A stretch of 64,000 nt of DNA, taken from contig CM060731.1 in NCBI GenBank assembly GCA_030704615.1, positions 32,364,001 through 32,428,000 of the forward strand. Direction: 5' to 3'. The notes beneath the pieces were generated by a model. That model was not told the origin of the DNA, made no database searches, and worked only from the letters and a program-made list of their open reading frames with translations. This DNA is from Takakia lepidozioides. Lineage: Eukaryota > Plantae > Bryophyta. The translations under genes were made by a program, and so were the position numbers. Positions 61,989-64,000 of the stretch are shown here, piece by piece; position 1 is the first letter of the stretch, and each line of letters begins with the position of its first letter.

Positions 61989-62357
61989 CACCGGGCCGGC
62001 ATTTATTCTTCAGGTTTATAGTATAAATAAAAAGAACACGGGGCCAGTGATTTTTTTCTTAAATTTGAAAAATAGCACGAGTGGCTACAAGAAATAGCTA
62101 TATATTCTGTTCATCCATTGAAGATTTGGATAGAAACATCCTCCTATGTACTTTCATCCATTTATATCATCCACATTTGGCGAATTCATCCATTATTTTT
62201 TTTTTCCTTGTAGAAGTTTGGCGATTTCATCCATGAAAAAATTGGGAATTTACGACAGAATATTGCATTTTCATGTTTTGAGGTCGCCATTTCGCGATTT
62301 TTCGCCAAAAACAAAAAACACTGCACCGGGCCGGCATTTATTCTTCAGGTTTATAGT
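61989..62357. repeat. 34-bp direct repeat pair in AT-rich intergenic DNA
   Basis: CACCGGGCCGGCATTTATTCTTCAGGTTTATAGT at 61989-62022 and 62324-62357. Confidence 0.8.
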
Positions 62358-62851
62358 TTATACGTTTATACGCGGAAATGACTAATACTATAATAAGGAG
62401 CACGAGGCAACACGAAGGCGTAATGACGTAATGACTATGAGCGAAGTGAAACCGTTGGACACGTTGTGGATCGTAACGCGCGTTGAATCTGGCTACATCG
62501 GACGGTCAGAAGGGCATCGTAATGTGGTAGAGCGGTGGCGTGCTTGTTGGCAGCAGAGCCAGCGTCTTCCCGCATCGACTCTGCGTGGTGGCTCTGTCAA
62601 TTTGCGTGGACGTATCGGATGTGTAATCTCGGGCGTGGCCATGGTGGTAGAGCGGAGGCGGGGGGGTGGTGCGATGAAGCAGCCGGGATCAATTTTGAGC
62701 GTGATGTAGGCCTGGGATCTGTGCAGACATGCTCATGGCTTGCAATCTGCATTTGCATTTGCAGTCGTTCTTTGAGCCAAGAGATCGGGGATTGTTGGCG
62801 ATGAGAATTTGAGAGAAATTAGGAGAGGTGAGGGGTAAGGGATCGGGAAAG

Positions 62852-63120
62852 ATGGCGTCTTGCATCATGCTGGATCTGGTGCCGTTGCTGTTTGTATTGT
62901 CTGTACTTATGCCGTGCCCTTGCCGTTGCTTTGGGGATTTAAACCCTAATGTTCTTTCCACGTACAATCGAACATTACCTGTCACATTTCAGTCAGAGTA
63001 TGGAGCTGCAGTCATGCTCCCTCTTTCAGGTTCGGCAGAGGAGCATCAGATATCCCAGCATGGCAGGGAGCTTGTTGCTGACGCTCGCATGAATTTGCAC
63101 GACGATCTTCTGACCAAAGG
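62852..63120 (+). CDS. exon 1 of a host A1-family (pepsin-like) aspartic protease
   Basis: Signal-peptide-like N-terminus and ARMNLHDDLLTKG, the motif that precedes YYTTRL.IGTPPQ in plant aspartic proteases; GT donor at 63121. Confidence 0.75.
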
Positions 63121-64000
63121 GTACGAATTCAAATTTTCACCCTTACTTTGCCTCCGGAAAGTACCTGTCAATTCACTCGGAAGCTTCAGTTACGAGTGCA
63201 GAATAATACAAGCCACCGCATCCGCTCCCCAGGTGTGCTCTATTCCTTCTGTCTCTCTCTCTGCTACGGCAAGAACAGACTGTTGCGAACGCGCATTCTT
63301 TGGGAGGGCGTGACTCTTTCTATCGCTTATTTGTGTAGGCAAGGGGTGACTAATTTTACGAACATAGAAGAAGAGGATTTGCCACCTTTTGGCAAGTATT
63401 TGCTCGGTGTTAGCTTGAAATGGTCATGTAAATGGAGTCTTGCCTACTTTGCCGAAGCACTGTATTATTCTATGGGAAGATTCCCTTTTGAAGCGTATTT
63501 TCTTCAGACGATAACAGTGCAAGTAGCTGCGAATTGAACTCGGACTTTATGATACAGTATTGGCTGGATGGGATTGCATTTCCACATTACACATACGAAG
63601 ATTATTGGGGAAAGCCCTTATGTGATGAAAATAGCATATGATGATTGAATGATCTCAACTCTGTGAGGGAATGATGATTGCACACAAACAATACATGTAG
63701 ATTCATTTGAAACAGATTTGGACCAAGAGGCATGTAAGGACGTGAGATCAGTTGATAAGTCAGCTAAGTTTTCCTGAAACAGGATCAATTTGCTGTGGTT
63801 GGAATACAAACATGGACTATACATCTTCCCCGGCACCACATTCTTTTCGGGGAACTTTCACAAGCATGAGCAATGTGATTTACTTATGTTTTCTCCAATG
63901 CTTTTGCCTGTATTTGGCCAGCTCTATTGTCAGGCCATTTCACAAACACCACAACACGATCATTTCTATTTGTAGGTTTTGTTTCCTGATTCCAGCCTAA

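Noticed and set aside
61150-62390. MITE or non-autonomous Helitron in the AT-rich intergenic tract
   Set aside because: Only a 34-bp direct repeat was found; TIRs, a TSD or a terminal hairpin could not be defined

Overview
Land-plant nuclear DNA (spliceosomal introns, PLS-class PPR gene, A1 aspartic protease gene), made mostly of nested transposons. Left to right: (1) the 5' half of a Ty3/Gypsy LTR retrotransposon (1-4373, minus strand). (2) A first Mutator-like element (MULE1) that inserted into an intron of a CACTA tnpD gene and was later split by an inversion; its termini are at 17627 and 24716 and the 9-bp target duplication is now inverted. (3) The end of that CACTA element (27357) and a Gypsy integrase fragment. 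(4) A complete CACTA element (27958-56021, ATG target duplication). Its tnpA-like gene is interrupted by a complete 15.4-kb second Mutator-like element (MULE2, 37046-52477, 9-bp TSD TCCACAAAG). (5) A decayed OSB-motif/PPR gene containing a Helitron fragment, and exon 1 of an aspartic protease gene. The main finding is that both MULEs carry the same unusual cargo. Each has an intron-containing gene that fuses a ParB/Srx-like domain (WDGNHRLLAW) to a beta-class amino-methyltransferase-like domain with a non-canonical DIPDG motif. Each gene sits next to a large, regularly spaced array of palindromes (53-bp and 116-bp period) that share the core TGCG-N4-CGCA. This looks like a transposon-borne 'ParB-MTase + parS-like array' system. 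Its function is inference only. All domain calls come from motif recognition by eye, not database searches.
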